From: an uncultured virus (IMG/VR IMGVR_UViG_3300042484_000728)
Lineage: Duplodnaviria; Heunggongvirae; Uroviricota; Caudoviricetes
DNA length: 64,000 nt
Virus record (IMG/VR): IMGVR_UViG_3300042484_000728
Reading direction: 5' to 3' (one strand)
The notes beneath the pieces are model-generated. The model was not told the DNA's origin. It saw nothing but the letters and a program-made list of their open reading frames with translations, and did not search any database. The translations under genes were made by a program, and so were the position numbers. Positions 9,101 through 18,619 of this stretch are shown one piece after another. Positions within the stretch are counted from its first letter, which is position 1; the number at the start of each line of letters is the position of its first letter.

Positions 9101-11941
9101 TAATTGAGCTAGTACAGTGCTTGCTACTAAATTACCAGTAGTATTAAGTTGTCCTGCGCTTACTGACGCTGTTAGTATATTACCGGTAACATTTAAAAAT
9201 CCCGTTACAGTTTCGTTGCCATTAACTGTCAGGGCATTAAACGTTGCGGCTTGTCCTAGTACATTTCCTGTACTGTTTATTTGTCCTGCCACCACAGTAC
9301 CAGCAATACCGGCACCACCAGCTACTATCAATGCACCTGTTGTTGTGCTTGTTGCAGCCTGTGTGTAGGTTAATGTTAAGTTACCTGCACGAACTGGATC
9401 GTAGATAGTATCAGCATTAAATGTTACACTGGCGCCGCTAGGCTCTGAGCGAACATTACTAAAGAATTTCCATGTATTATCTGCATTGTCACGAACTACA
9501 CCACTGTGTTGATATGCGTTACCAGTATTATCTAATGGATTAGGTCCTACAAAGTTACTATAAAAACCAATGTCATAGTTATACGGGAATGTATTTGCTG
9601 CGTCTAAGTATAGCAACGGATCTTGAACTGTAATAATTTGATAACTTGTACCAAATATATTACTTGCGTAAATATTTCCGCCAATATGCAAGTCTTTAGC
9701 AATACTTGCGCCACCTTTAATTTGTAGTGCGCCGCTTGCGCCAGTTGCTTCTGTTGCGTTAGTTGTATTTGTATAGTAAGAAAGTCCACCAACTGATAAA
9801 GTGTTGTTTAATTGTGTAGCGCCACCAATTGTAGTTGTGCCTGCAATATTTGCGGCTCCGGCAACGCTAATACCACCGTTAGGTAAAATTAATGCGCCTG
9901 TTCCTTGCGTTGTGGTTGCTGCGCTTGAGTTAGCATAGATAACCCCCGATGCTTCTACACTGCCCACTACTGCTGTAGTAGCAATTACATTACCAGTTAC
10001 ATTTAAGAAACCAGTAACTGTCTCATTACCATTAACAGTTAATGCGTTAAATGTACCAGCAGTGGCCAGTACGTTGCCTGTTGTATTAATTTGACTTGCT
10101 GTTACCACAGCAGCCATCACGTTACCAGTTACATTCAAATAACCAGTTACTGATTCATTTCCGTTAACGGTTAGACTATTGAATGTACCTGCGGTGGCAA
10201 GTACGTTGCCTGTTGTATTAATTTGACCAGCATTTAATTGTGCTGTACTAATATTACCAGATGTATTAATATATCCTGTACTGTTAATAGCACCAAATTG
10301 GCCAACTGCAGCCATTACGTTACCAGCGGTATTAAAATATACCGCACCACCGCTAGATGTTTGTGATATATTGCCCATTACTGTATGGAACTGACCACTT
10401 GCTGCACCCACTGTACCTATGTTTAAATTGCCCGCTACTCCAACCCCACCGGCAACCTGAAGTGCGCCAGTGGTAGTTGATGTAGATATTAAAGTACTGT
10501 TTGCAAATATTACCCCTGTTGCTTCTATACCGCCGGTATCAACTGTGGTAGCAATGATATTGCCACCTACATTTAAGAATCCAGTTACTGACGCATTGCC
10601 ATTGACTGTTAATTCTGATAGTGTGCCTGCGGCACCTAATATATTTCCTGTTACATTTAAGAATCCAGTTACTGTTTCATTGCCATTGACTGTTAATGCG
10701 TTAAATGTACCAGCTGTAGCCAATACATTACTAGTTACGTTCAAGAACCCAGTCACTGTTTCGTTACCGTTTACAGTTAACCCATTAAACACACCTTCTG
10801 TAGCAAGTATGTTACCAGTAGTATTAATTTGTCCTGCATTTAATTGTGGAGTTGATATGTTACCTGCAGCATTTATATAACCAGAAATTGTTTCATTTCC
10901 GTTTACGGTTAGTCCGTTAAACACAGCCGCTGTAGCTAATACGTTACCAGTAGTATTAATTTGTCCGGCATTTAGTTGTGCTGTTGATAAGTTACCGTTA
11001 ACGTTTGTATATCCGTTTACAGTTAACCCATTAAACACACCTTCTGTAGCAAGTACGTTACCAGTAGTATTAATTTGTCCTGCATTTAGTTGTGCTGTTA
11101 GTACGTTACCAGTTACATTTAAGAACCCAGTTACTGACTCATTTCCGTTAACGGTTAATGCATTAAATGTACCAGCTGTAGCAAGTACGTTACCAGTAGT
11201 ATTAATTTGTCCTGCATTTAGTTGTGCTGTTAGTACGTTACCAGTTACGTTCAAATAACCAGTTACTGTTTCATTTCCGTTAACGGTTAAGGCATTATGC
11301 ACAGCACCGGTAGATAAGATATTGCCACTTAAGTTAATTGCCGCGCCGTTGAATTGTGTGCCCACGTTGCCCACTGTTACAGCGTCTACGTTACCGAACG
11401 TTGCCGTAGAACCTGTGTGTAGTTGTGCAATGCTTGTACTTGCTAGTACGTTGCCTGATACGTTTAAACTAGAACCTGTAATAGCTCCAGAAGTTACAAG
11501 AACACCAATGTTTGCTTGTCCTGGGACATTCAAACTACCAATACTCAGACGAGCTAATCCGGCAGCAGTAATATTACCGTAGGTTGTACCTGTTTCGTTT
11601 GTAGCAATAAGACGGAACTCACCAAATACTTCGCTCCATATAATTGCTTGATTTTGACTAGTGCCACGATTAAAAATCAAACCTTCATCGTAGGTATTAG
11701 TGCCACTAAATCCATTGTTCATTACAACTAGGGGATCGTTAACGTAGGTATTAGTACTTGCGATTGTAGTGTATGAACTACTACCTAGTACAAACAAGTT
11801 ACCTGCAATTAATAAATCGCCTGGTACTGTGACGTTACTAGCAAACAAGCTACCTGTAATTGTACCTGCTGCTATTTTTTGATAACCTATAATTGTACTA
11901 TTATAGATTTGATTATTTAAAATTCTGGTTAAGGCCGCCAT
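6188..11941 (-). CDS. Large repetitive fibre/virion structural protein (1917 aa)
   Basis: Very G/N/T/A/V-rich, ~44-aa repeats, 'TTTGAL.VAGG.G' repeats, and a C-terminal 'P.G.TGQRP...VRFNT...EFYDGTQW' module. Confidence 0.75.
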   Translation of the reverse strand: MAALTRILNNQIYNSTIIGYQKIAAGTITGSLFASNVTVPGDLLIAGNLFVLGSSSYTTIASTNTYVNDPLVVMNNGFSGTNTYDEGLIFNRGTSQNQAIIWSEVFGEFRLIATNETGTTYGNITAAGLARLSIGSLNVPGQANIGVLVTSGAITGSSLNVSGNVLASTSIAQLHTGSTATFGNVDAVTVGNVGTQFNGAAINLSGNILSTGAVHNALTVNGNETVTGYLNVTGNVLTAQLNAGQINTTGNVLATAGTFNALTVNGNESVTGFLNVTGNVLTAQLNAGQINTTGNVLATEGVFNGLTVNGYTNVNGNLSTAQLNAGQINTTGNVLATAAVFNGLTVNGNETISGYINAAGNISTPQLNAGQINTTGNILATEGVFNGLTVNGNETVTGFLNVTSNVLATAGTFNALTVNGNETVTGFLNVTGNILGAAGTLSELTVNGNASVTGFLNVGGNIIATTVDTGGIEATGVIFANSTLISTSTTTGALQVAGGVGVAGNLNIGTVGAASGQFHTVMGNISQTSSGGAVYFNTAGNVMAAVGQFGAINSTGYINTSGNISTAQLNAGQINTTGNVLATAGTFNSLTVNGNESVTGYLNVTGNVMAAVVTASQINTTGNVLATAGTFNALTVNGNETVTGFLNVTGNVIATTAVVGSVEASGVIYANSSAATTTQGTGALILPNGGISVAGAANIAGTTTIGGATQLNNTLSVGGLSYYTNTTNATEATGASGALQIKGGASIAKDLHIGGNIYASNIFGTSYQIITVQDPLLYLDAANTFPYNYDIGFYSNFVGPNPLDNTGNAYQHSGVVRDNADNTWKFFSNVRSEPSGASVTFNADTIYDPVRAGNLTLTYTQAATSTTTGALIVAGGAGIAGTVVAGQINSTGNVLGQAATFNALTVNGNETVTGFLNVTGNILTASVSAGQLNTTGNLVASTVLAQLVTADEATFGNVAAGFVGNTGTVYTGASINLTGNVLAAAGIFNATTVNGNESVTGFLNVTGNIMTAQLNAGQVNTTGNVLAQAGVFDAVTVNGNGSVTGNLNVGSNILALNILSNFITADDAVIGNISASLFGNVGAVFTGTTAAFNGNVIGGLAQFAAINSTPIGNATASTGAFTTLRASEGIWANSTTATTNTTTGAIVVAGGIGVAGNIWQGDAYHETTSTNFLLLNTPSTVDAFEGATTLNIGPNSGTLTIGNPTVVGTQATQTLYNTTASTLNFAGAATTLVVGATTGVVHLRNANIWLPNATTLDGEQTNLNIFTQSATNANVLILANVILGANVGTTTIQNPTLVGTQTTQNVYNTIATTVNAFGAATTLTVGATNSGNLIVRNDSLFIQNNANVNGTRDATTTTSAALTVAGGAAVKAGMIVGGALFANATVDTNGYGNGAINVPNGGITTVGNIISRDHIFAGPIAYEVTAGFESIIFAGADANEFYVQSALLNTDNRGSTDFAAYAADGNDGVAWADMGFTGNAFADPNYTITKQNDGYFFVKPSNGRGGNLVLATSENGTYNDIIIGVGSFDSSAEVMRFHGNIGTTGNAWLKYTTVATTPNTGALRVDGGVGIGGNIRAGGGAVINNSQTADPFQVKGVATTSLIYADTAQGAVVIGGSNVAPQLGSTLKINGVDSMLLPIGSTGQRPGATGNIDLAGMVRFNTTIQNMEFYDGTQWQTAGSVFTIISDRQFAGNAGSYGNVDGTNTTFTIQANSTTSATLVSINGVMQFPVLAYDVTNSTLTFTEPPAPTDVIDVRVLATTSTIGALANGNGLNQVIAGNDGVQIWTGTSTTTQRILVNQVGDVNLLDNNKITYTQNAVNIVANNTPYVIATYSQTAYTTAKFLVSAKKGATNFQSMESIVTTDGAGNAYMTTYAVVSNGIDMGGLTANVVGGNVQVYFTTTTNVTNANVKAMGTYIV
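10000..11300 (-). repeat. Intragenic tandem repeats of ~132 bp / 44 aa (TVNGNETVTG.LNVTGNVL.AQLNAGQINTTGNVLAT.G.FN.L)
   Basis: A 73-nt identical block occurs at 11044-11116 and 11176-11248 (offset 132). More diverged copies extend to about 8800. Confidence 0.85.
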
Positions 11942-12027
11942 TTGGACTCCGCATTTATATGGTATTTCTTACACTATTTTTTGCCTGCGGTTCCATATCC
12001 CCTTGGCCTAAGATGTGTTGTTTAATG

Positions 12028-12034
12028 TATTTAT
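12028..12034 (-). promoter_or_regulatory. Late promoter ATAAATA
   Basis: In the intergenic gap upstream of the 1917-aa gene. Confidence 0.55.
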
Positions 12035-12050
12035 GCTGAGATTAGAAAAA

Positions 12051-13499
12051 CTAAAGCGGATAAAAATCTCTGCTAACAGTTAGATAAGTGTTAGCAGTTG
12101 TTGGACTAAATTGAACTTGTACGTTACTGCCTATGATGGTTGCTGATATATTGCCTAGGGCGTTACCAAGTACCAATACACCGTAGGTAGTTGCACCTAC
12201 TACTGTTCCGTTATGTGTTACCAGTGTTTCAGAGCTCTGTACGTCACTGGCCCTAACGGCTTGAATTACATATTTTACAGTTCTATAACTAGTTGTACTA
12301 TAACTATCAATGGTAGTTGTGGCTACGTTTGGAATTAAAGTATTGGCTTTGTTGTTATAAAATCCAGTAGTTTGGATATTACCAACCATGTTAATATTTT
12401 CTGTATCTAAGATAACTGATGTGTAATTGTTAAATCGCAACGAACCTACAGAAACCGCACTTGGTGCCATAAGTCTAACTTCAACTACGTCCGATGTTAA
12501 CGGAGTTTCAGTAAACTGAATTTGGTTATTATTGATAATATTGTAAGAATATACAGGCTGTTGAATAGTACCGTTAATACTTACTAAAATACCAGATGAT
12601 GTGGTATTCGCACTCAATGGGTATGTGTTAGATACACCGTCTGGGGCAATAACATCACTACTAATAGTAGCCTGACCCGGAGATATCCAATTAGTACCAT
12701 CATAATACTCAATTTGACTAGATGTAGTACTAAACCGTGTGTATCCTACTACTGGGTTTGAAGGTCTATCACCCTGGGTACCTGCAGGCAAGCCAAAAGC
12801 ATCTACGCCAGTAACTTGAACTATACCTGTGCCTGGTGCACTTAATATAATATTACCGTTGGCATTTTTAGATGATATTGTATCACCGTTGAATGTAATA
12901 TTACCTAAAATAGCATTACCAATATTGCTTGCTGTAGGTAATCCTAAATTACCAGAATACACCGCGCCACTAATATAAACACTATTGCCGGTAAAGCTAA
13001 TAGGTTGATTGCTGGCATTGTATGGAGTATTATTACTGTTAAAGTTTAAGATACCCGACTGATAGTCAAATACCCATAGGTCATTGTTACCACTGCCCGT
13101 AGCAAATACCTGTGTACCTTTTGATGCTACGTTGGCTGCGTTACCACTCGGTGCGATATAAACTTTGATCTGATACGTTGATCCAAATTCCGGCGGTACC
13201 CAAAATGTACGACCTGTTTGCCATGTTAATACTGGCGTTGGAATACCTGCTGTGCTAGTACATTCTACAGGGAAGGTGGTTGGGGCGACAGTTACAACAC
13301 TGCTATTACTTACTGGTATAACACTAGGGATACTAGCAGAGTCTTGTAATATTTTATCAGCGCGGATTTGTAGCGGACTTGGATTCGGTTCGTTAGTCGC
13401 ATCGATGTTGGCAGCTATGTCAGTCTTAGCTGCACCATAAACTATCTTCTTCCAAAGGTAGTCAACTTTTTGGCTATCTGATGCGCTTTGTATAGGCAT
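12051..13499 (-). CDS. Virion structural/fibre-associated protein (482 aa)
   Basis: Shares the C-terminal modules of the 1917-aa protein (LPAGTQGDRP..YTRF..IEYYDGTNW; SINGTIQQP.YSY; YSTTSYRTVKYVIQ). Confidence 0.7.
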   Translation of the reverse strand: MPIQSASDSQKVDYLWKKIVYGAAKTDIAANIDATNEPNPSPLQIRADKILQDSASIPSVIPVSNSSVVTVAPTTFPVECTSTAGIPTPVLTWQTGRTFWVPPEFGSTYQIKVYIAPSGNAANVASKGTQVFATGSGNNDLWVFDYQSGILNFNSNNTPYNASNQPISFTGNSVYISGAVYSGNLGLPTASNIGNAILGNITFNGDTISSKNANGNIILSAPGTGIVQVTGVDAFGLPAGTQGDRPSNPVVGYTRFSTTSSQIEYYDGTNWISPGQATISSDVIAPDGVSNTYPLSANTTSSGILVSINGTIQQPVYSYNIINNNQIQFTETPLTSDVVEVRLMAPSAVSVGSLRFNNYTSVILDTENINMVGNIQTTGFYNNKANTLIPNVATTTIDSYSTTSYRTVKYVIQAVRASDVQSSETLVTHNGTVVGATTYGVLVLGNALGNISATIIGSNVQVQFSPTTANTYLTVSRDFYPL

Positions 13500-16408
13500 T
13501 ATGACACCGCCAATGTAGACACTGTTTGTCCACTTGCTAAGGCTATTCTAATTAATGCAACGTTGTTTGTTGCCGATGACATACTAACAGTACCTAATGT
13601 CATTGTAAATGTTCCGTTTAGGGCTACGTTGGCTGCAATTAGTGCGCCACTACCGCAACCATCCGATCCGTTGCCACCAGCACCTGTATTACTTCCAGGA
13701 ATACCGCTGCCAGCATAGCTGGTTGAAGCTGTTAACCAACCGTTAAGTCCGCTAGTTGAATCTATAGTTGTTCCGGGTGCAGCCACCCATACCCCTGCAA
13801 CACCTGCAGGCGCTACAATATTTAAGTTAAAGTTTGAAACACCAGTACGTTGGAAGCCCATAGTAAAGTATTGATAGCTTGTACCATCTCCACTACGATT
13901 AGGTCCTACTGGTAAATATCCTGTACTATAATTGTTAGCACTAAATTTCAATACACCTAAACGAATGGTTGCTTCTTTAGTGCCCGCTACACCTGGATCT
14001 GCTGCTTCTGTGTAGACATTTGGTGTAGTCATAAAGTTTGTTAATCTTGCATACGCTGGTGTGTGTATAGTGTTAGCCAAGAAGTATGTGCTACGTACTG
14101 CTGGGTTAGTATTAGCTGATGTATTTGCTGATATAGCAATTTCGCTAATACCGCTTTGTGCCGCAGTATGTACTTGTAAGTTAGCTCCAACTACTTCTGC
14201 ATAGGCACTAGTCCCATTTACGTTTGTAACTACAATTCTTACATTAGATACACTTCGTACACTTGCTTGATTAACTGCCACAGTTAAGTTGGCAATACTG
14301 TAGGCTGATACATTGCCAGTTCCAGCAATAGGTGTGCCACTACTCAACATCGCTGCTGAACTATTACTCAATGCCGCATAAGGATGTGCATTAGCTAAGA
14401 TAACATTACCGGTTGACCCTTCTAAGTTTGTGCCTGTAACTACATAAGCCACGTTGGCTGTGTTGTTCCATGTTTGGCCAATCCAACTGTTAATGGTAAC
14501 GTTCTGCCACCATAGTTGTGGACTACCAGTATTGAAATATGGAATGCCTGAAATATATCTGTAAGTACCCGGTGCTTTAATTGCTAGTGTGCCAGCTGTA
14601 ACTGTTGGTACTGTGGTTACATCATCTTTGACAAATTCAACGTTACCTGTACTACCAGTTGAACTGTGATTTAATCCAAAGCGATTGATACCTACTGGTA
14701 TAAAGTCACCACGTGCCACGACGTTGGCTTCAAACCCATAGTAGTAACCTGGGTAGTATGTTGAACTTGCAAATGATGTAGCGGCGCCAGCTGGTGTTAA
14801 TAAGTTATAGTCGCTAAATGCAATAATACCCAAGTTGCCTGTAATAGTTGCTGTTGTCTGTGCCGCAACGTTTACGTTACCACGCACTGTTCCATTTACT
14901 ACTGCTTGTAGGTATCCAATATTTGCGCTATAAGCATAGCTAGTTGTTACATTACCTGCGGTAGTAATCAATGTTGACCCAGTTGCTATAGTTCTGCTTA
15001 CACTAGCATTGGCTGTTAATGTTGTTCCACCGGTGTTGTCTACTGCACTACTGGCTAAGGTTGCATTTGTTCCTACGCTACCGCTAAATGTTAATGTTTT
15101 TGTGTTTAATCCAGCCGGCGGACTTACACTGTTACCATAAACTTTTAATGTTGTTGATGTATACCGTGGAAGAATTGCTGGATTAGTAATGTCGCTAGTT
15201 AATAAGGCCAGGTTAACAGATAGTGTGCCAGTACCTGTATTTGTAACATAGGTCTTGTTAGCATATGGTCCTTGGGCGCCACCAGCTGATGTATTGTTAG
15301 ATACGTTGGCATAAGTGCCATCACCCCAGTTAACACTCCAAGTAACTACTGTGGCTGTGTTAGTATTCGTTGTTGAGTTTTGTAAGTATACTGGATTACC
15401 TTGTATACTATAAAGATCGTTTCCTGTTAGCGGGCTAGAACTAATATTAGCTCTAAATAGCCCAAGTCCCATGGCAGGGTCAGCGGCGTATATAGTGATA
15501 TAATTAGTTCTTACTGCTCCGGCTGTATTACTTGGGATCGCGCCTGTTGTATTATTAGCAGTTACTATAACAGTATAAGGTGTGCCTACGTTAGTAGCGT
15601 AAGTATGTGGAATTGTTGAACTACTTGAAATAGTATTTGACGTACCGTCGCCCCAACTAACAACATATTGATTTACATTACCTTGTGGAACCATTGTTAA
15701 TAATATAGTTTGTCCTACACCGCCAGCTGTAGTATTGGCCGAAAATGTAACACTGCGAACAAATGTATTAGTGAATAAATTCTGCGCTACGCTGTTAAGA
15801 ATATCAATAGCGTCAGTAACCTTAGTGCTTGTTGTAAATCCTAAATAGGCCGCATTATTATCAGCTAAGTTTCCATCTGATGCAGACCCTAATGGAATTA
15901 AGTTACCGTAGTTGGTGCCTATTACCTGTTCATCAACATAGGCTTTAGTTGCTGCATCTGTATTATCAGTTGGTGTACCAACATTAATAATTCTATTATT
16001 GCCAGCATTAATGTTACCGCTAATAAAAACATTGCCGATGTTGATGTTGGCTACAATTAAATTTCCACTAACAGTTAAATTTTGTAGTATACCAACATTA
16101 GTGATATTAGGTTGATTGGCTGTTTGTATAGTACCGTATAGGCCATTAGCATATACGTTGCGCCATTGGTTGGTGATTGTACCAATGTCATAACTTATGT
16201 TAGCACCAGTATATACATGGCCGTTTCCAGCTAGGATGTTGCCGTTTACATGAAGAGCTTGTTGCGGGATGTCTGTGTTAATACCAATACGATAATTAAC
16301 TACGTCCCAGTATTGTAGGGTCAGCCCGGAAGAGGTCAGGCTAAGGTCTGTGCCTTGACGGTCTAGATTAGCTAGTAGAGAATACCCCGGAACGCGACTG
16401 ATTGCCAT
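13499..16408 (-). CDS. Virion structural protein with PKD-like repeats (969 aa)
   Basis: Two 'S/NWGDGT' PKD-like motifs, a fibre-type 'DAATKAYVD' motif, and S/T/N/G-rich composition. Confidence 0.7.
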   Translation of the reverse strand: MAISRVPGYSLLANLDRQGTDLSLTSSGLTLQYWDVVNYRIGINTDIPQQALHVNGNILAGNGHVYTGANISYDIGTITNQWRNVYANGLYGTIQTANQPNITNVGILQNLTVSGNLIVANINIGNVFISGNINAGNNRIINVGTPTDNTDAATKAYVDEQVIGTNYGNLIPLGSASDGNLADNNAAYLGFTTSTKVTDAIDILNSVAQNLFTNTFVRSVTFSANTTAGGVGQTILLTMVPQGNVNQYVVSWGDGTSNTISSSSTIPHTYATNVGTPYTVIVTANNTTGAIPSNTAGAVRTNYITIYAADPAMGLGLFRANISSSPLTGNDLYSIQGNPVYLQNSTTNTNTATVVTWSVNWGDGTYANVSNNTSAGGAQGPYANKTYVTNTGTGTLSVNLALLTSDITNPAILPRYTSTTLKVYGNSVSPPAGLNTKTLTFSGSVGTNATLASSAVDNTGGTTLTANASVSRTIATGSTLITTAGNVTTSYAYSANIGYLQAVVNGTVRGNVNVAAQTTATITGNLGIIAFSDYNLLTPAGAATSFASSTYYPGYYYGFEANVVARGDFIPVGINRFGLNHSSTGSTGNVEFVKDDVTTVPTVTAGTLAIKAPGTYRYISGIPYFNTGSPQLWWQNVTINSWIGQTWNNTANVAYVVTGTNLEGSTGNVILANAHPYAALSNSSAAMLSSGTPIAGTGNVSAYSIANLTVAVNQASVRSVSNVRIVVTNVNGTSAYAEVVGANLQVHTAAQSGISEIAISANTSANTNPAVRSTYFLANTIHTPAYARLTNFMTTPNVYTEAADPGVAGTKEATIRLGVLKFSANNYSTGYLPVGPNRSGDGTSYQYFTMGFQRTGVSNFNLNIVAPAGVAGVWVAAPGTTIDSTSGLNGWLTASTSYAGSGIPGSNTGAGGNGSDGCGSGALIAANVALNGTFTMTLGTVSMSSATNNVALIRIALASGQTVSTLAVS

Positions 16409-16431
16409 TAATAATTATCCAACCTTTATAC

Positions 16432-16438
16432 TATTTAT
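16432..16438 (-). promoter_or_regulatory. Late promoter ATAAATA
   Basis: Upstream of the ATG at 16408. Confidence 0.55.
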
Positions 16439-16446
16439 CTGGATAA

Positions 16447-16887
16447 TTAAGCGATGTTTGAAACTGTGCTTGCGAACCCGCTTATGATTGTAATAGCCGC
16501 ACCATTGTTTGGTGCTGAACTAAAAAAGATATTTCCTGTGCCATTAAACGTATAGTTTGTTACAGGTATTTGGTATACAGTACCTGCATGCACTAATACT
16601 TTATTTTCATCGCCTGATGTAAAATTTGTGCTCAGTGGCCAAAATTGCGTTGCTACTCCGTTGCCTGTAAAGTTATCTCTAGCAATTGTAACATTACCTT
16701 CACGTGCAATAGCATTCCAACTTGGCGTGCCTGTCATGTTAGCCCAAAATTCTAATTTACTTGTCGTTGTGTTCCATCGCACTTGCGCATTAGCAGGATT
16801 ACTAGGACCAATACTACTAGTACCAGTAGGTACACCTAGAGCATAGGCTGCACCGCTGAACACTGTGTTTTTTACCATACGTCCCAT
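16447..16887 (-). CDS. Small virion structural protein (146 aa)
   Basis: 'P.GT...P...VRWNTT..LEFW' module and 'FTGNG...YQIP..NYT' module like the neighbouring fibre proteins. Confidence 0.7.
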   Translation of the reverse strand: MGRMVKNTVFSGAAYALGVPTGTSSIGPSNPANAQVRWNTTTSKLEFWANMTGTPSWNAIAREGNVTIARDNFTGNGVATQFWPLSTNFTSGDENKVLVHAGTVYQIPVTNYTFNGTGNIFFSSAPNNGAAITIISGFASTVSNIA

Positions 16888-16888
16888 G

Positions 16889-17194
16889 TTAAATTCCTAC
16901 GTAGTTTACAGTGGCCGCAATACTTCCGCCTGCATTGGCTATAATACAATCGCCATTGGCTAAAACTAATTTTTCGCGGTCAATTACAAATGTGTCTGCG
17001 GCTGCAATTTGTACTTCTCTGTACACCAGATTAGCTGTTGCGCTAAATGCAGATCCTGCGCTTTGCACCCAGACGTTTAGGTTAGCTGCAGACGCATTAT
17101 AATTGCAGAAATACATAGTCGAAATAACAGTATTGCCGGTGCTTGCATAGATGTTGCTGGTTGCAAGTGTAAGTGTTGTACTAATTAATGCCAT
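16889..17194 (-). CDS. Small structural protein (101 aa)
   Basis: ORF tightly packed in the operon, with an SD and beta-rich composition. Confidence 0.7.
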   Translation of the reverse strand: MALISTTLTLATSNIYASTGNTVISTMYFCNYNASAANLNVWVQSAGSAFSATANLVYREVQIAAADTFVIDREKLVLANGDCIIANAGGSIAATVNYVGI

Positions 17195-17205
17195 TTAAAT
17201 AAATC

Positions 17206-17871
17206 CTATAAGAATAATGAAAAGCCGAATGCTCTTCGTTTTGTAACTAATTCTTCATTAGCTGATACATCACCAGTTACATATAAACCTGTTTGTCCTG
17301 CACCTTCTTCGGCAGCGTTGACTACAATACCGCCAACAGCGGCGGTATAGGTAACATTAGCATACTTCATATTAAATGCGCCTTGCACTGTAACATATGA
17401 AGTTGCACCCACGTTAGCATAAATTGTGTAACCATTAACATTTAGATTAGCACCCAATACCGGTGCTTTGTCATCAAATAATGCCGTTAAACCAGTGCTT
17501 GAAGTTGATAATGTAGTATATTGAGTACCGTCGCCTGGACTACCAGGTGTTACACCACTAATCTGCCAAATTTTACTAGTTTCGTTCCAACGTAGTTGAA
17601 CATTACCGCCAGGCGCTGTGCCGCGGGCAATTTCAATACCCGATGTAGTTCCTAAAGAACTAACACCGTTACCAGTTTCACCTGCATTAAGTGTAATAAT
17701 GTTATCTGTAATAACCTGTGTGTTACTGCTAATAGCAGTGATATTACCACGAACAGTAAGGTTACCAGTTACAAATAAGTGGTCTGTATCTAAGGTAATA
17801 TTAGAACTCGCACTCGTTTTAAAGGGTGTTTGAATTACTAAATTACCGTTATATCTCTTTACGCTAGCCAT
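17206..17871 (-). CDS. Structural/fibre-related protein (221 aa)
   Basis: 'GNLTVRG...DNIITLN.G...GIEIARG...LRWNE' resembles the N-terminus of the 1917-aa protein. Late promoter at 17891-17897. Confidence 0.7.
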   Translation of the reverse strand: MASVKRYNGNLVIQTPFKTSASSNITLDTDHLFVTGNLTVRGNITAISSNTQVITDNIITLNAGETGNGVSSLGTTSGIEIARGTAPGGNVQLRWNETSKIWQISGVTPGSPGDGTQYTTLSTSSTGLTALFDDKAPVLGANLNVNGYTIYANVGATSYVTVQGAFNMKYANVTYTAAVGGIVVNAAEEGAGQTGLYVTGDVSANEELVTKRRAFGFSLFL

Positions 17872-17913
17872 TGTTTAATCCAGTTTCTATTATTTATCAT
17901 CAAAGCAAGAGAT

Positions 17914-17944
17914 AAAAAAAATAGCACCCTAAGGTGCTATTTTA
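17914..17944 (-). terminator. Rho-independent terminator
   Basis: Stem AAAATAGCACC-N3-GGTGCTATTTT followed by a T run on the minus strand, just after the stop at 17957. Confidence 0.8.
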
Positions 17945-17956
17945 ACACAACTAAAA

Positions 17957-18619
17957 TTAGTTGTTAGATATTGTTACACTTGTGTTTAGTACTGGAGTTG
18001 TGATATTCCATTGAACATGTGTATTTGCAGAAAACTCTGTACCTGTGTCTGGTGTTAGATACGCTGTTTCACCGAATAGTTTGTATACATAGTATGTGCC
18101 ACCTGCGCTGTCAGTAGCACCGATGTAACCTTGACCTGCTGTTGGGCTACTGTTGTCTACTAGAGCAACTACACCTGTACCTTGTGCATTAGCCACTTTA
18201 TAGCGTTTGCTACCTGTTTGTTTAGTGATATCACTAGCAACTGCTGAACTACCGCCGTCTGCTGCAGATAGGTATGCTGTCATACTAATAGCATTAGCTG
18301 TTACACCTGTGCCGTATAATCTTGCATTACCAAATGCCGGTGAAGCGTTAGCACCAGTGATTGACATTGTTGGAGGTGATGTATAGCCTGTACCTGCTGT
18401 AGTTACAGTATAAGCAATAACGTTACCGTTAGCACTTAGAGTAACTGTACCTTGTGCTGTTGTACCACCTGTGATTTGTGGTGCTGAAAAAGTAACTGCG
18501 GCATTAGCTGAAAAATAGCCTCCACCAACGTGGTATACGTTAGCGTATAATACACCTTCACCACCTACACCACCTGAATTACGATTACCAAAATAAACTG
18601 ATTTTACTGGACGTCCCAT
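17957..18619 (-). CDS. Putative head decoration/structural protein (220 aa, MGRPVK...)
   Basis: AAGGAG SD before the ATG at 18619. It has its own late promoter (18693-18699) and terminator and lies near gp23. G/T/A-rich. Confidence 0.6.
   Translation of the reverse strand: MGRPVKSVYFGNRNSGGVGGEGVLYANVYHVGGGYFSANAAVTFSAPQITGGTTAQGTVTLSANGNVIAYTVTTAGTGYTSPPTMSITGANASPAFGNARLYGTGVTANAISMTAYLSAADGGSSAVASDITKQTGSKRYKVANAQGTGVVALVDNSSPTAGQGYIGATDSAGGTYYVYKLFGETAYLTPDTGTEFSANTHVQWNITTPVLNTSVTISNN

Noticed and set aside
10000..11300. Diversity-generating retroelement TR/VR pair
   Set aside because: The repeats are tandem and in-frame with mostly synonymous differences, not adenine-specific ones, and no reverse transcriptase is present in the window.
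6012..17833. Many plus-strand ORFs antisense to the fibre genes (e.g. 8472-9107, 10470-10880)
   Set aside because: These are shadow ORFs caused by biased codon use of the repetitive minus-strand genes; they have no SD or promoter support.
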